64,000 nt of DNA from Nitrospirota bacterium (GCA_963733375.1 CAVTDB010000008.1:50652-114651); one strand, 5' to 3'. Counted from the stretch's first letter, positions 10,982 through 22,374 are shown. The notes: generated by a model from the letters alone, not told the origin. A program made the numbers and translations.

Positions 10982-11341
10982 ATGACCGACAAACTGGTGA
11001 TAGTGCTCTCGCACGGTACGGACAACCCCAACAAATCCACAAGGGCCCTGCATCTGGCAAAAGTGGCGAAGGAAAACGGCAAGGACGTTAAGATGTTTCT
11101 GCTGGACGACGCCGTATTCATTGCCAAGAAAGGCGTTACCGACAACCTCCGCTCGGCGACCGGGGACATAGCAGCCGACCTCATGACATTTCTGGAGGAT
11201 TTCGAGGTGCCGATTTATGCCTGCACGCCGTGCGCAAAGGCCAGAGACTTAAAGGAGTCGGACTTCGTTAAAAACGCCCGGATGGAGCCGGGCACAACGC
11301 TGATAAAGATGACTTCCGACCACGCCGTTATAAGCCTGTGA
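10982..11341 (+). CDS. DsrE family protein
   Basis: VKMFLLDDAV and IYACTPCAKAR. Confidence 0.85.
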   Translation: MTDKLVIVLSHGTDNPNKSTRALHLAKVAKENGKDVKMFLLDDAVFIAKKGVTDNLRSATGDIAADLMTFLEDFEVPIYACTPCAKARDLKESDFVKNARMEPGTTLIKMTSDHAVISL

Positions 11342-11356
11342 GCTGACAGTGGATGG

Positions 11357-11839
11357 ATGCTTAAGGAGGGCGCTATGGAACAAAAGGTCGAAATAGACCT
11401 GCAAGGGTATAAAGAAAAGGCCAAGACGGACATGAAGGGCTTTCTCTTCTGGGAGAAGGACCTGCTGTTCAGGGGGATGACGCAGTCGGGTTATGAAATC
11501 GAGTTCGACGCGGCGGTGCAATGGGGGTGCATGCCGACAGAATCCCTCATGCTGTCGCTGGCCGGCTGCATGGGCATCGACGCGGTAAGTTTCCTGCAAA
11601 AGATGAAGGTCGAGCTTCATAAGTTCAAGATGGATATAGACGGCCTCAGGAACCCAACGCCTCCGCAGTATTTCAAGGAAATCACGATGCACCTCCACTT
11701 CACCGGAGTGGGCATAAAGGAAAAGCAGGTAGAGCGCGCCATCGCCCTGTCTCAGGACAAGTACTGCTCCGTGTATCATTCATTGCGAAAAGACCTGAAA
11801 GTAAATGTCGGCTATACTATTACAGATATAGTCGATTGA
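11357..11839 (+). CDS. OsmC/YhfA family protein
   Basis: PTESLMLSLAGCMGID and LSQDKYCSVYHSL. Confidence 0.88.
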   Translation: MLKEGAMEQKVEIDLQGYKEKAKTDMKGFLFWEKDLLFRGMTQSGYEIEFDAAVQWGCMPTESLMLSLAGCMGIDAVSFLQKMKVELHKFKMDIDGLRNPTPPQYFKEITMHLHFTGVGIKEKQVERAIALSQDKYCSVYHSLRKDLKVNVGYTITDIVD

Positions 11840-11904
11840 GTACCAGGAATATTTCAGACCATGCAGTAATCGCAAACCCCGCTTTCAAACGGAGGACACC
11901 GCAA

Positions 11905-12688
11905 ATGGATAAAAAAGAGATATCCAGACGTGGACTGCTTGCCGGTGCGGGCATGCTCGCGGCTGGGGCAGCGCTTTCCGCCGGTGCGATGGGTTTTCTG
12001 ACTGATGCCGAGGCGAAGACCCAGGCAGCGCCAACGTGGCCGTGGCCGTATGTGAAACTGGACCCGGCGGACCGCCGAAATCGCTTATAACGAATGGTAC
12101 AGGCTTTACTGCGGCGGGGCGGTAATCAGCAGCGTGTTCGGCCAGCTCAAGGAAAAGGTGGGACAGCCGTATGCGTCGTTCCCGACGGACGCCTTTATCT
12201 TCCTTGAGGGAGGCATATCCGGATGGGGGACGGTATGCGGCTCGAACGCGGGTGCGAACGTTGTAGCAAACGTGATTATCGGCCCGAAACTTTTCGGCGA
12301 CGGCATGTTGATGGGAAGCGAGATAATGCAGTGGTATTCCGAGACGGCGATGCCGGTATTCCTCCCGAAAGAGCCGAAGGTAAAGTCCGAGATAATAAAG
12401 ACCACCAGCGACTCTCCGCTCTGCCATATCTCCGTGGGGAAATGGATGAAGGCTTCCGGCAAGGGTCTGAAAAGCCCCGAGAGAAGGGACAGGTGCGCAA
12501 GGGTAACGGCGAGCGTCGCCTATCACCTTGTGGAGCTTTTAAACAACTGGAAAGACGGAAAGTATTATACGGTCGGCGAAATACCTTCCGAGTGCGGCAT
12601 AACGGCACAGCATAACTGCACGGACTGCCACGGTGACAAAATTCCGCCGATCCCCCCGTCAATCACGCCTCTATCTTCAAAAAAGTAA
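11905..12688 (+). CDS. Tat-exported split-Soret cytochrome c / C-GCAxxG-C-C family protein (frameshift near 12070)
   Basis: SRRGLL Tat signal, WPWPYVKLDP, GGISGWGTVCGS, SPLCHISV, RCARVTA and C-terminal CTDCH. Confidence 0.8.
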
Positions 12689-12695
12689 ACTTTCA

Positions 12696-12729
12696 GGGCC
12701 GCTTGCAGAGATGTGAGCGGCCTTTTTTA
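12696..12729 (+). terminator. Intrinsic terminator
   Basis: GGCCGCTTGCA..TGTGAGCGGCC followed by a T-run. Confidence 0.75.
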
Positions 12730-13049
12730 TTAGTTGCCTGAACCGGAGTTCCGGGGCCCGGGTGCCACATATCCTTGACAAGAAAGCAATTTCATGAGAA
12801 AGTTTAATCTATAATAATTACTGCTACTATTGAACGGAGGTATGCATGAGCTCAGCGCAAAGTGATTTAAAGGTTACTGTAAGGTTAAAGAGGAGGGCTA
12901 TCCGGTCGGACGGCTCGGGGCGCACATCAAGCATGGGATGAACTGTACTTTCAGGGCCTTTTTCCAGGAGTATGACAGGGTGGGGTTGCCGCGCGTAGGA
13001 GCGGCTTCTATAAGACCGTAAAGATATCAGACAGCCTTGGTCATTAAAT

Positions 13050-13080
13050 GGGGGTCACGGCATGTGCCGTAACCCCTTTT
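13050..13080 (+). terminator. Intrinsic terminator-like hairpin
   Basis: GGGGTCACGGCA-TGTGCCGTAACCCC-TTTT. Confidence 0.6.
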
Positions 13081-13301
13081 AATTTTTGCGGATGATTTTT
13101 TCTTGACAGGGCGGCTCTTCATGTGATATTGATATTGCAATTCAATTTCATTTATCGGGACGCGAACGACAGGCCACTTCGGGGCGTCCATAACCAGCCT
13201 TCTAACGGGGCCGCATGAAACAGAAATACTTAGCCATCGCAAAATACCCTAACTTCGATTTCAGCGTCACCAAACTTAAAAGGCCAAGGACTTAAAAAAG
13301 T

Positions 13302-14767
13302 CTAAAATTGAATCGTCCCTTCCGCGTCGCCCATATCGAATACCGGGAGCTTCGGCGCGCTCCTTGCCCAAAAGCTCGTCGATAAGCGACTGAGGCGCAC
13401 TCCTGTAACGCATCTCCACGTGAATGAAAGCGGCCCTTTCGTGCCCTGGGGTATCTCGAAGACAAACTCCTCCACGTCATAACCCAGCGGCGCTATCCTG
13501 TGGTCGTACAGGCAAAGTCGTCGCCTCCGGCAGGAAAAGCGTGGGTTTTATCTCTTTCCCGCCCTTACCCAGAATGGATTTATAAATTACCGCGCCCGGC
13601 TTGATGTTACCCTTTTCTCAAGGTCTCCGGAGCGGAATATGACATGCCCTTCCGAGTCCTTGACCGTCACGTCCAGCCACATCTCACGCACGAATGTAAG
13701 CCCCGTGGGGAGGTAATGCCCGGCGCCGGAGTTCGTGACCTTTATAGGCATACGGTACAGAGTGCCGGGTTTTGGTTTTTCCGACCCTATAAACTCCACC
13801 GTAACGGCGTGTTTAAGCCGGTCCTCAGCCATGCGCGCTTGCGGGTGATGACCCAAAAGCGCCGTGACGGCTAAATTCCCGCCTACGAAATAGTGCTGCC
13901 AGATGTGCGGCCTTTTCTTGCCGCCCATCTCCTCGGGCGCGGCGAAGCCCGGCACGTCAGGTCTTATGGTGCTGCCGGTTGAAGGGTACTGTGGTGTCTG
14001 GCGCATATGGCAGTCCTGGCAGGTGACGGTGGTGGCGGGGTCGCCGGTGTTATATGGTCCGGTGCGCCACTCGGAATAGGTGTTCTCGATGGACATTTTA
14101 TTGTGCGCGTGGTTAACGTCGTGGCACATCCCACATAGCTCGGAACGGGTATGGAGTTCGGAGAACTTTGTCTTGTGAAATGGCGAGACCGAGTCCTTGA
14201 ACGGGCCGTATTTGATCCCGGATTCTTCTTCCGCGGCGTTCCCGGGTTCCAGGAGATAAGCCCCGTTGCCTATCCCGGCGGAGCTTTTGACCGAGTGGCA
14301 GAAATCGCAGAATACTCCATCGCCCTCCACGCCGGAAAGGATTTTCGTGTAGCGGGCAAGGTCGTTGGCGACGTAGCCCGCGGGCGTGTGACAGCGCGAG
14401 CACATGGCAACCTCCGACTTTTCACCATCATCCGTGGCCCCCTTTACATATGTCATATACACGGCCTGGAATACCGGGTCTATCCACGCGGACGCCATCA
14501 TAGAGCCGTTCCATTGCTGGAAGATGTCCGCGTGGCATCCGGCGCAGACCTGGGGCTCGTGGAAGGAACCCGATTTGTGCGACCCCGGCATGTCCGGGAC
14601 GTCCAGAGCATGTTCGATGGCGCGGTAACCTTCGGGAGCACCCATATCGGGGACGCCTTACCGTGTTGCCACTTCGCCCACACGGAATAATCCTCGGCAA
14701 AGGCCGGCGAAAAGGCGGAGAGAACACCTATAAGAGCAAATAACATGGACAACCGAATGTTCTTCAT
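13302..14767 (-). CDS. Periplasmic multiheme (5 CxxCH) cytochrome c, c554-like (frameshifted)
   Basis: Sec signal MKNIRLSMLFALIG; CAGCH, CSRCH, CDFCH, CGMCH and CQDCH; GAGHYLPTG..REMWL C-domain. The C-terminus continues in other frames to about 13302. Confidence 0.85.
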
Positions 14768-15084
14768 TTGCACCTCCTGGGCCGGTTTATTATCAGTATA
14801 ATAAATTTTTTGATTAATTTCAGAGATGCCGATACAAACATCAGCGCGCGGATCGTCGAACCTTCGGCGTGAAGGGATCTGGCCGGGGAAACAGGAACAA
14901 TGGTTTTCAAGTTAAGTCCTTTATTCAATGAGATTCGATGCTTGCCAAAAAATAATTTTTTTGTTATAGTGTGACTAAGACTCAAGTTTTTACCACCCAA
15001 GAAGTTCTGATTTCATCAAGTACTATTTCTGATTGCAACGCCTAAAAGATCAAGCGCTTTAATACTTTAATATCAGGAACAATA

Positions 15085-15588
15085 ATGGCTACCGTCCAGA
15101 TTGGTATGCAATCCATGTAGGTCCAGACAAGAATTTATTGTCTTCGCCGAACTGAGTCTCAAAGGGATAGAGGCCTTTCTGCCTTCCGTGACCAAAGTAC
15201 GTCAATGGAAGGATAGAAAAAAACAGGTCAGATTCGCCCTATTCCCCGGATATTGTTTTGTCCGTACAGCGCTGCATCAGAATGAATACCGGACGATACT
15301 GAAAATAAGAGGGGTCGTTACTTTTGTATGTCTGGAGAAAAACAACCCGCTCCCGGTGCCGTCGGAAGAGATACTCTCCTTAAAAGGCATGATTGATAGC
15401 GGCGCGGAAACTTTAATCTATCCGGGCCTTGAATTAGGGGCAAGGGTTATAGTAACGAGAAGTTGTTCTCCGCGATGTGGAAGGGACTGGTAAAGAAAGA
15501 AAACGTTGACCTGTTCGTCATCAATATAGGCATTCTCGGCAGAAGCGCGGGTGTAAGGATTTCTGCCGAGGATATTGAGGCTTGCTGA
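15085..15588 (+). CDS. UpxY/RfaH/NusG-paralog transcription antiterminator (frameshifted)
   Basis: WYA..RSRQE, EAFLP..RQWKDRKKQVRFALFPGYCFV NGN domain plus KOW-like tail; first gene of the polysaccharide locus. Confidence 0.85.
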
Positions 15589-15721
15589 AGCTGCACCGTG
15601 ATCTACCAGTACGCGAATAACGCAATAATAAACAAGAAATTTGCCTTCTCGGTCACATGTATATGCCATATGCACATGTAACCGAGGGGGGCGAAGCCTG
15701 AAAAAAGGAGGCAATCTTTCC

Positions 15722-16786
15722 ATGTTTCACGGCAAAAACGATTTCTTAAATATGCTCTGCCTGGAGAGGAAAAGGACGGAGCGCTCGCGCAGGCAGTTTT
15801 GTCTGATGCTCCTTAACCTGGAGAGGTTTCGTCAATTGACTGAAAGGCGTCAGGTAGCGAAGAAGATAAAGCATTTGCTTGAATCTTTCACGAGGGAGGT
15901 CGATATCAAGGGCTGGTACGATTCCGACTCCGTCGCAGGCGTCATCTTTACCGAGACTGACCGGACCCGCGCGCAGTACATCGAACATAAGCTGCGCCAG
16001 AACATGGAGAAAGTCCTTCATAAAGAAAAGTCGGATAATGTCATAATTTCAATCCATGTCTTTCCCGACGAAGAACGCGGGCACAAATCGGACGATGCAT
16101 CGGACTTAATGCTCTATCCGGACCTGGTAAAGCAAAATCCCCGTCAGGCGTCGCATCTGCTAAAACGGATAATAGATGTTGCCGGCAGCGTAATCGGTCT
16201 GGCCGTCCTCTCGCCTTTTTTTCTTATAATTTCTCTTCTCGTCAAGGTTTCTTCAAAAGGGCCGGTCTTCTTCAGACAGGAGAGGATAGGCCGGTGCGGG
16301 AAAAAATTCGTTTTCATCAAGTTCAGGACGATGCTTACGGATAATGACCCGGGCATACACAAAAAGTTCGTGACGGATTTTATCTGCGACCGGGACGGCT
16401 GCCATGCACAAGATGGGGAAGGGCAAAAAATTTACAAAATAAAAAGGGACCCCAGGGTCACGCCGCTCGGGCGGGTCCTCAGGAAAGCCAGCATAGATGA
16501 ACTCCCCCAACTCTACAACGTCCTGAAAGGGGAGATGTCGCTCGTGGGGCCCAGGCCGCCTATCCCGTATGAGTTCGACGCATATGATGTCTGGCACAAA
16601 CGGCGCGTAATGGAGATAAAACCGGGGATTACGGGCTTATGGCAAGTCGGCGGACGGAGCAGGACCACCTTCGATGAAATGGTGCGGCTTGATATCCAGT
16701 ACCTGAAGGAGTGGTCGATATGGTTGGATATCAAGATACTACTAAAGACGCCCCTGGCGGTGATGTTTGCCGGGGGGGCATATTAG
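15722..16786 (+). CDS. Priming undecaprenyl-phosphate sugar-1-P transferase
   Basis: KRIIDV, FFRQERIG, KFRTM, DPRVT..GRVLRKASIDELPQ, SLVGPRP and KPGITGLWQV. Confidence 0.92.
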   Translation: MFHGKNDFLNMLCLERKRTERSRRQFCLMLLNLERFRQLTERRQVAKKIKHLLESFTREVDIKGWYDSDSVAGVIFTETDRTRAQYIEHKLRQNMEKVLHKEKSDNVIISIHVFPDEERGHKSDDASDLMLYPDLVKQNPRQASHLLKRIIDVAGSVIGLAVLSPFFLIISLLVKVSSKGPVFFRQERIGRCGKKFVFIKFRTMLTDNDPGIHKKFVTDFICDRDGCHAQDGEGQKIYKIKRDPRVTPLGRVLRKASIDELPQLYNVLKGEMSLVGPRPPIPYEFDAYDVWHKRRVMEIKPGITGLWQVGGRSRTTFDEMVRLDIQYLKEWSIWLDIKILLKTPLAVMFAGGAY

Positions 16787-16824
16787 GATTTGAACGGTTG
16801 ATTAAGCCGATGGGAGGAAAGTCT

Positions 16825-17823
16825 ATGGTTAATATCGGCGTGATAGGTTACGGATACTGGGGCCCGAACATCGTCAGGAATTTTAACGGCGCCGAGGGCG
16901 CCAGGGTTGTCTCTATCTGCGACAAGAGCCAGGCCGCGCTTAACCGCGCCGGGAAAATGTACCCGGGCATTGACATAACGCGGGAGTACCTTGAAATCCT
17001 GGCTTCGAAGAATATCGACGCCGTCGCGATAATCACTCCGGTCTCGACGCATTTCGCGCTGGCCAAGACGGCTTTAGAAAACGGGAAAAATATATTTGTC
17101 GAAAAGCCGTTTACCGCGACGGCGGCGCAGGCCGACGAACTGATAGACCTGGCTGAAAAAAAGGGCCTCAAGATAATGGTGGACCATACGTTCATCTTTA
17201 CGGACGCCGTGCGAAAGATCAAAGATATCACGGATGAAAATAAACTGGGCGTCCTTTACTATTACGATTCGACGAGGGTCAACCTGGGGCTCTTCCAGGA
17301 TGACGTGAACGTCATCTGGGCCTTGCGCCCCATGATTTCGCGATAATGGATTATCTGGTCAAGGAGAAACCATCCGCCGTATCGGCGTCCGGCAAGGCGC
17401 ATGTCAACGGCAGGGAAGATACCGCCTACGTTACCGTCTATTTCACGAACAACATGATAGCGCACTTCAACGTCAACTGGCTGTCGCCCGTAAAGCTTCA
17501 CCGTCCTCATCGGCGGAGAGAAGAGGATGCTGGTCTGGAACGACCTGGAAGCGGACGAGAAGATAAAAATTTACGACAAGGGGGTCGAGGTCAAGACTAA
17601 GGAAGGGATATACGAGAGACTGGTAAGCTACCGGTCGGGGGATATTTCGGTGCCGAGGATAAATCAGGTAGAAGCGCTCAAGGTGGAGACGGAATATTTT
17701 ATCGAATGCATAAACTGCGACAAGACCCCCATAAACGACGGACATTCAGGCCTCCGAGTCGTGAAGCTGCTCGAGGCGTGCGATCAATCCTTGAAAAGTA
17801 ACGGGGCCATGGTGAATATATGA
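16825..17823 (+). CDS. Gfo/Idh/MocA oxidoreductase (nucleotide-sugar dehydrogenase; frameshifted)
   Basis: IGYGYWG, VEKPF, RVNLGLFQ and NWLSP. Confidence 0.85.
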
Positions 17824-18305
17824 AGTACCTGTCCATAGAAAAAGATGTCCACATAGGGAAGGACGTAAAGCTCGCGGAGTTTATCAATCTGTACGGATGT
17901 TTTATCGATGACAACACCAGGATAGGGGCCTTCGTGGAGATACAGAAAAACGCGAGGGTAGGCAAAAACTGCAAGATTTCAAGCCATAGCTTCATCTGTG
18001 AAGGCGTCACCATTGAAGACGGCGTCTTCGTGGGCCATAACGTAACCTTCATCAACGACAAGTTTCCCCGTGCGACAAATCAGGCCGGCGGGTTAAAGAG
18101 CGAAGCCGATTGGAAGGTGGAGCCCACGCTTGTAAAGAAAGGCGCGTCGATAGGTTCGGGCGCGACGATTCTCGGCAATCTGGTCATCGGAGAGAACGCT
18201 ATTGTCGGAGCAGGCAGCACCGTTACCAGTGACGTCCCGCCTCATTCCATAGTGGCCGGTAATCCGGCCAGATACATAAGGAAAATAAACCATGAACAGC
18301 AATGA
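17820..18305 (+). CDS. Hexapeptide-repeat N-acetyltransferase (WbpD/WlbB-like)
   Basis: FVEIQKNA..CKISSHSFICEGV..FINDKFPRA; VAGNPAR. Confidence 0.88.
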   Translation: MKYLSIEKDVHIGKDVKLAEFINLYGCFIDDNTRIGAFVEIQKNARVGKNCKISSHSFICEGVTIEDGVFVGHNVTFINDKFPRATNQAGGLKSEADWKVEPTLVKKGASIGSGATILGNLVIGENAIVGAGSTVTSDVPPHSIVAGNPARYIRKINHEQQ

Positions 18306-19488
18306 AAAGATCCCATTTCTGAACCTTGTCACTCCCCATCTGGAGCTTGAGGAAGAGCTGGTGGACGTTTTCCGTAACGCCATAAGGACGGGAAGGTTCA
18401 TCGGCGGAAACGAGGTGGAGGAGTTCGAGGGGGAGTTCGCACTGCACTGCGACGCGGAATACTGCGTCGGAGTCGGCAGCGGGACGGATGCGCTGAGGTT
18501 CGCTTTGATAGCGGCTGGCGTCAGGCAGGGAGAGATGGTAATTACCGTGCCCAACACCTTTATTGCGACTACCGAAGCCATCACTCAGGTCGGCGCGACA
18601 ATAGCTTTCGTCGATATAGATGAGCGCACATACAACATGGCCCCGGCCAGGCTCAGGGATTACCTGGAAACCAGGTGCAAAAAGGATAGTGCCTCGGGCC
18701 GTCCCGTAAACGTTGAGACTGGAAGAGTTGTCTCGGCGGTAATACCCGTCCATCTCTACGGTCAGATGGCCGATATGGAACCGATAATGGAGATTGCGGA
18801 GCAGTACAAACTGATAGTAATCGAGGATGCATGCCAGGCGCACGGCGCTCAATATTTTTCGCGGAAAGAGGGCTGCTGGAAAAAGGCAGGGTCTATCGGG
18901 CACGCCGCCGCCTTCAGTTTTTATCCGGGTAAAAATCTCGGCGCCTGCGGCGAAGGCGGGGCGGTAACAACAAGATATCAGGATATCGCCCGGCAGGTCG
19001 GCATGCTCAGGGACCACGGCCAGAGCAAAAAATATTATCACGATATCGAGGGCTATAACGGCCGTCTGGACGCCATTCAGGCCGGCATCCTGCGGCGCAA
19101 GCTGATACATCTCCCGACATGGAATGAGAGCCGCCGGCAGGCCGCTGGCAGGTACGACGAACTCCTTAAAAATATCGACGGTGTCGTAGTCCCGCATCAG
19201 CCGGACTGGGCAATGTGCGTTTACCACCTCTACGTTATCCGCATCGAGGAACGCGACGGCCTCAGGCGGCATCTCGCGGATAACTCCATAGATACGGGGC
19301 TCCATTATCCCGTGCCGCTGCACCTCCAGGATGCGTATGCCTATCTCGGCTATAAAGAAAATGATTTTCCCATATCGGAGAAAATTGCCGGCGAGATGCT
19401 TTCCATCCCCATGTATCCGGAACTCACGTCGTCTCAGCAGCAATGCGTGGCGGAAGGCATAAGGCGGTTTATATGTCAGACGGTATAG
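18292..19488 (+). CDS. DegT/DnrJ/EryC1/StrS PLP aminotransferase
   Basis: GSGTDAL, PVHLYGQ, EDACQAHGA, FSFYPGKNLGA and GYNGRLD. Confidence 0.93.
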   Translation: MNSNEKIPFLNLVTPHLELEEELVDVFRNAIRTGRFIGGNEVEEFEGEFALHCDAEYCVGVGSGTDALRFALIAAGVRQGEMVITVPNTFIATTEAITQVGATIAFVDIDERTYNMAPARLRDYLETRCKKDSASGRPVNVETGRVVSAVIPVHLYGQMADMEPIMEIAEQYKLIVIEDACQAHGAQYFSRKEGCWKKAGSIGHAAAFSFYPGKNLGACGEGGAVTTRYQDIARQVGMLRDHGQSKKYYHDIEGYNGRLDAIQAGILRRKLIHLPTWNESRRQAAGRYDELLKNIDGVVVPHQPDWAMCVYHLYVIRIEERDGLRRHLADNSIDTGLHYPVPLHLQDAYAYLGYKENDFPISEKIAGEMLSIPMYPELTSSQQQCVAEGIRRFICQTV

Positions 19489-20511
19489 AGATTATAAACC
19501 CGTTGTCCTGTCCCGGCTGGGATGACCTGGTCATCGCTTCCGGCAAGGGCACGTTCTTCCACTCGTCGAACTGGGCGAGGGCCTGCATGAGTCTTACGGA
19601 TACAAACCGGTCTACTTTGCTTTTCCTGATGACGAAGGGCATAAGGCGTTGGTGCCATTCATGGAAGTAAAAAGCCGCATCACGGGCAAGAGGGGAGTTT
19701 CACTACCCTTTACCGATTATTGCGAGCCGATTATACCCGACGGCTGCACGATCGGCGACGTCACGGCACGCATCGTCCGGTTCGGTAAGAGCGCCGGCTG
19801 GCGATATATCGAACTGAGGAGCGGCGGCGGCATGCCTCCCTGGGTCCCGCCTTCGTCTTTTTACTACGGCCACGTGCTGGATATCTCCAAGGACGAGAAG
19901 ACGTTATTCTCCTCTTTTCACAAGAGCGTGCGAAGGAATATAAAAAAGGCGGAAAAGGAAGGCGTAAAAGTCTCCGTATGCAGTTCACTGGAGTCCATAA
20001 GGAAGTTCTACCGGTTAAACTGCATGACCAGAAAGTTGCACGGCCTTCCTCCGCAACCGTACCGGTTCTTCGAAAAGGTATATGAGCACGCCGTCTCGAA
20101 AGGGCATGGCGTGGTCGTGCTTGCTGATTACAACGGCAAGACTATAGCCGGCAACGTGTATTTTCATTTCGGCGACAAGGCAATGTATAAGTACGGGGCT
20201 TCCGACAGGGAGCACCTGCATTTAAGGGCAAACAACCTGGTCATGTGGGAAGCTATAAGGCACTATGCAAAAAATGGCTTCAGGAGTTTCTGTTTCGGCA
20301 AGGCCAACCTGAAAACAGCGGGCTATTACAGTTCAAGAGGGGCTGGGGCGGTCATGAACAGGTCGTTAATTACTATAAGTACGACTTAAAGCAAGGCTCC
20401 TATGTCACGGAAACTTCGAAACTCCGTGGCTTTCATAACAAAGTTTTCGCAAACATGCCCGTTCCATTCCTCCGGCTCACTGGTTATCTTTTATACAAGC
20501 ATATGGGATGA
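19473..20511 (+). CDS. FemAB/GNAT-like acyltransferase (frameshifted)
   Basis: SLPFTDYC, RRNIKKAEK, RANNLVMWEAI and GLLQFKRGWG. Confidence 0.8.
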
Positions 20512-20578
20512 TGCTATAAATGGCAGGATTTCGTGCGGGAAATATAGGTGAACGTTCAAGTGGAATTACCAGTTGAAA

Positions 20579-21647
20579 ATGTGTAACTCATCGAATTACA
20601 GCATCGCGGAAATCGACCCTCTTGTCGATGAGCGATGGGACTATTGTAGAGAACCATCCCTTCGGGTGGATCTGCCACCACTCCGGGTGGAAAAAGGCCT
20701 CGAAAGGAGTTTCCGTCATCTGGTAGCCCACTATTTCGTCATTCTCCGGGGAGGCAGAATTCAGGCGGGATTGCCGGTTTACGAGGTCAGGAGCTGGCTC
20801 ACGGGCAACCGGCTGGTGAGTATCCCATTTGCCACGATCTCGACCCGCTCATTTCATCCGATGAAGACCTGGCGGCGCTTATAAGCGCCGCAATAGAGCT
20901 CTCCCGTGAGCGGAATATAGACACGATAGAAATACACCTCAAATCATCTTCCTTCTTCAGTAAAACCGCTTTGGGCGCTGCGGAGTGCCATAAGCCCACT
21001 ACCTGCCCCTCGGCAGGCCGCCCGAAGAGCTGCTTAAGACCTTTCACCGTTCATGCGTAAGGCAGCGTATCACGCGGGCGGCGAAGAGCGGTATCGAAGT
21101 GATGGAAGGAAAGACCAAATGGCCTCCGGGACTTCTACAGGCTTTATGTGCTGAGCCGTAAAAGGCTTGCCCTGCCTCCCCAGCCCTACGCCTTTATCGA
21201 GTCGCTCTACAAAGTTTTTTATCCGCAGGGCGGAGCCTCTCTTCTCATCGGGAAAAAGGAAGGAAATCCTATCGCGGCGCTCCTCCTTTTGAAGTTCAAG
21301 GGACGGGTATCGGCGGAGTTCGCGGTCTACGATGCGGCATATCTGAATATCAGCCCGATCCACCTTCTTTTCTGGGAAGCAATAAAATTGGCCGCCGCCG
21401 AAGGGTTCAGTACATTTGACTTTGGCAGCGACCTCTCCGTTTAATCGGACCTGATGGATTTCAAGGACAGATGGGGACGATGGTGGCCGACATGCCGGAG
21501 TTCCATTATCCTTCCCGGGATGCGTCGGGAAAAGATGCCGTCAGGGAAAAAAAATTCAGCTACCGGTTTATGCGGAAGACTTGCGAAAAGGCTCCGGCCT
21601 TCGCGCTTCCCTATATCGGAAATTTCTGCTACCGCCACCTGGGGTAG
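20579..21647 (+). CDS. Second FemAB/GNAT-like acyltransferase (frameshifted)
   Basis: LTGNRLVSIPFAT, SPIHLLFWEAI..FDFG and FKDRWG. Confidence 0.72.
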
Positions 21648-21679
21648 ATATCGTTCCCACTATGAGGCTATCGGGTCAT

Positions 21680-22365
21680 ATGAGGCTATCGGGTAAAGTT
21701 GCCCTTATAACCGGCGGAAGCCGCGGGATTGGGAAAGAGATCGCCGGCATGCTCGCGCGCGAAGGGTCTGAAGTCGTGATTTGCGCGAGGAATGCCGGTG
21801 AACTGCGGGAAACCGCATCGCCATCGCGCGCGCGGGCGGGAAATGCATATTCAGGGAAACCGACGTAACCGAAGAGGAGCAGGTAAATGCCCTCGTGCGG
21901 AATATTTTCGTCCTTATGACGGCTCGATATTGGTGAATAACGCGGGTGTCGGAATCTATAAACCTCTGGTGGAGTCGAGCACGGAAGACTGGGAAAAGGT
22001 AATGAATACAAACCTCAAAGGAGCCTTTTATTGCGCCAGGGCTTCCGCCTCGGTAATGATGGCGCAGCGGAGCGGAATAATCGTCAATGTCGCTTCGGGC
22101 GCCGGAAAGGAAGGCTTCGCGAACTTGTCAATTTACTGCGCTTCCAAGTTTGGACTTCTGGGACTGAATTCGCTGAGCAAGGAATTAAGACGGTACGGAA
22201 TCGTGCTTGCCGTTACCCGGATATACGCGCACGGACTTCTTTAAAACGTTCCCGGCATCGTTCAGGATGCGGAGCAGTGCCCAGGAGCCGTGCGAAGTAG
22301 CGCGTCAAGTGATAAATAAGAAGTGCTTCTGGAAAGATTACCGCGAAGGTTGTGCGAATTGCCAA
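21680..22365 (+). CDS. SDR oxidoreductase (frameshifted)
   Basis: LITGGSRGIG, LVNNAG and YCASKFG. Confidence 0.8.
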
Positions 22366-22374
22366 GGAGAAAAT

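Noticed and set aside
14800-15085. RfaH ops/JUMPstart element upstream of the polysaccharide locus
   Set aside because: No GGCGGTAG core found
21661-21694. 18-nt-period tandem duplication TATGAGGCTATCGGGT at the SDR start
   Set aside because: Only two copies; a local duplication or read artefact, not an array
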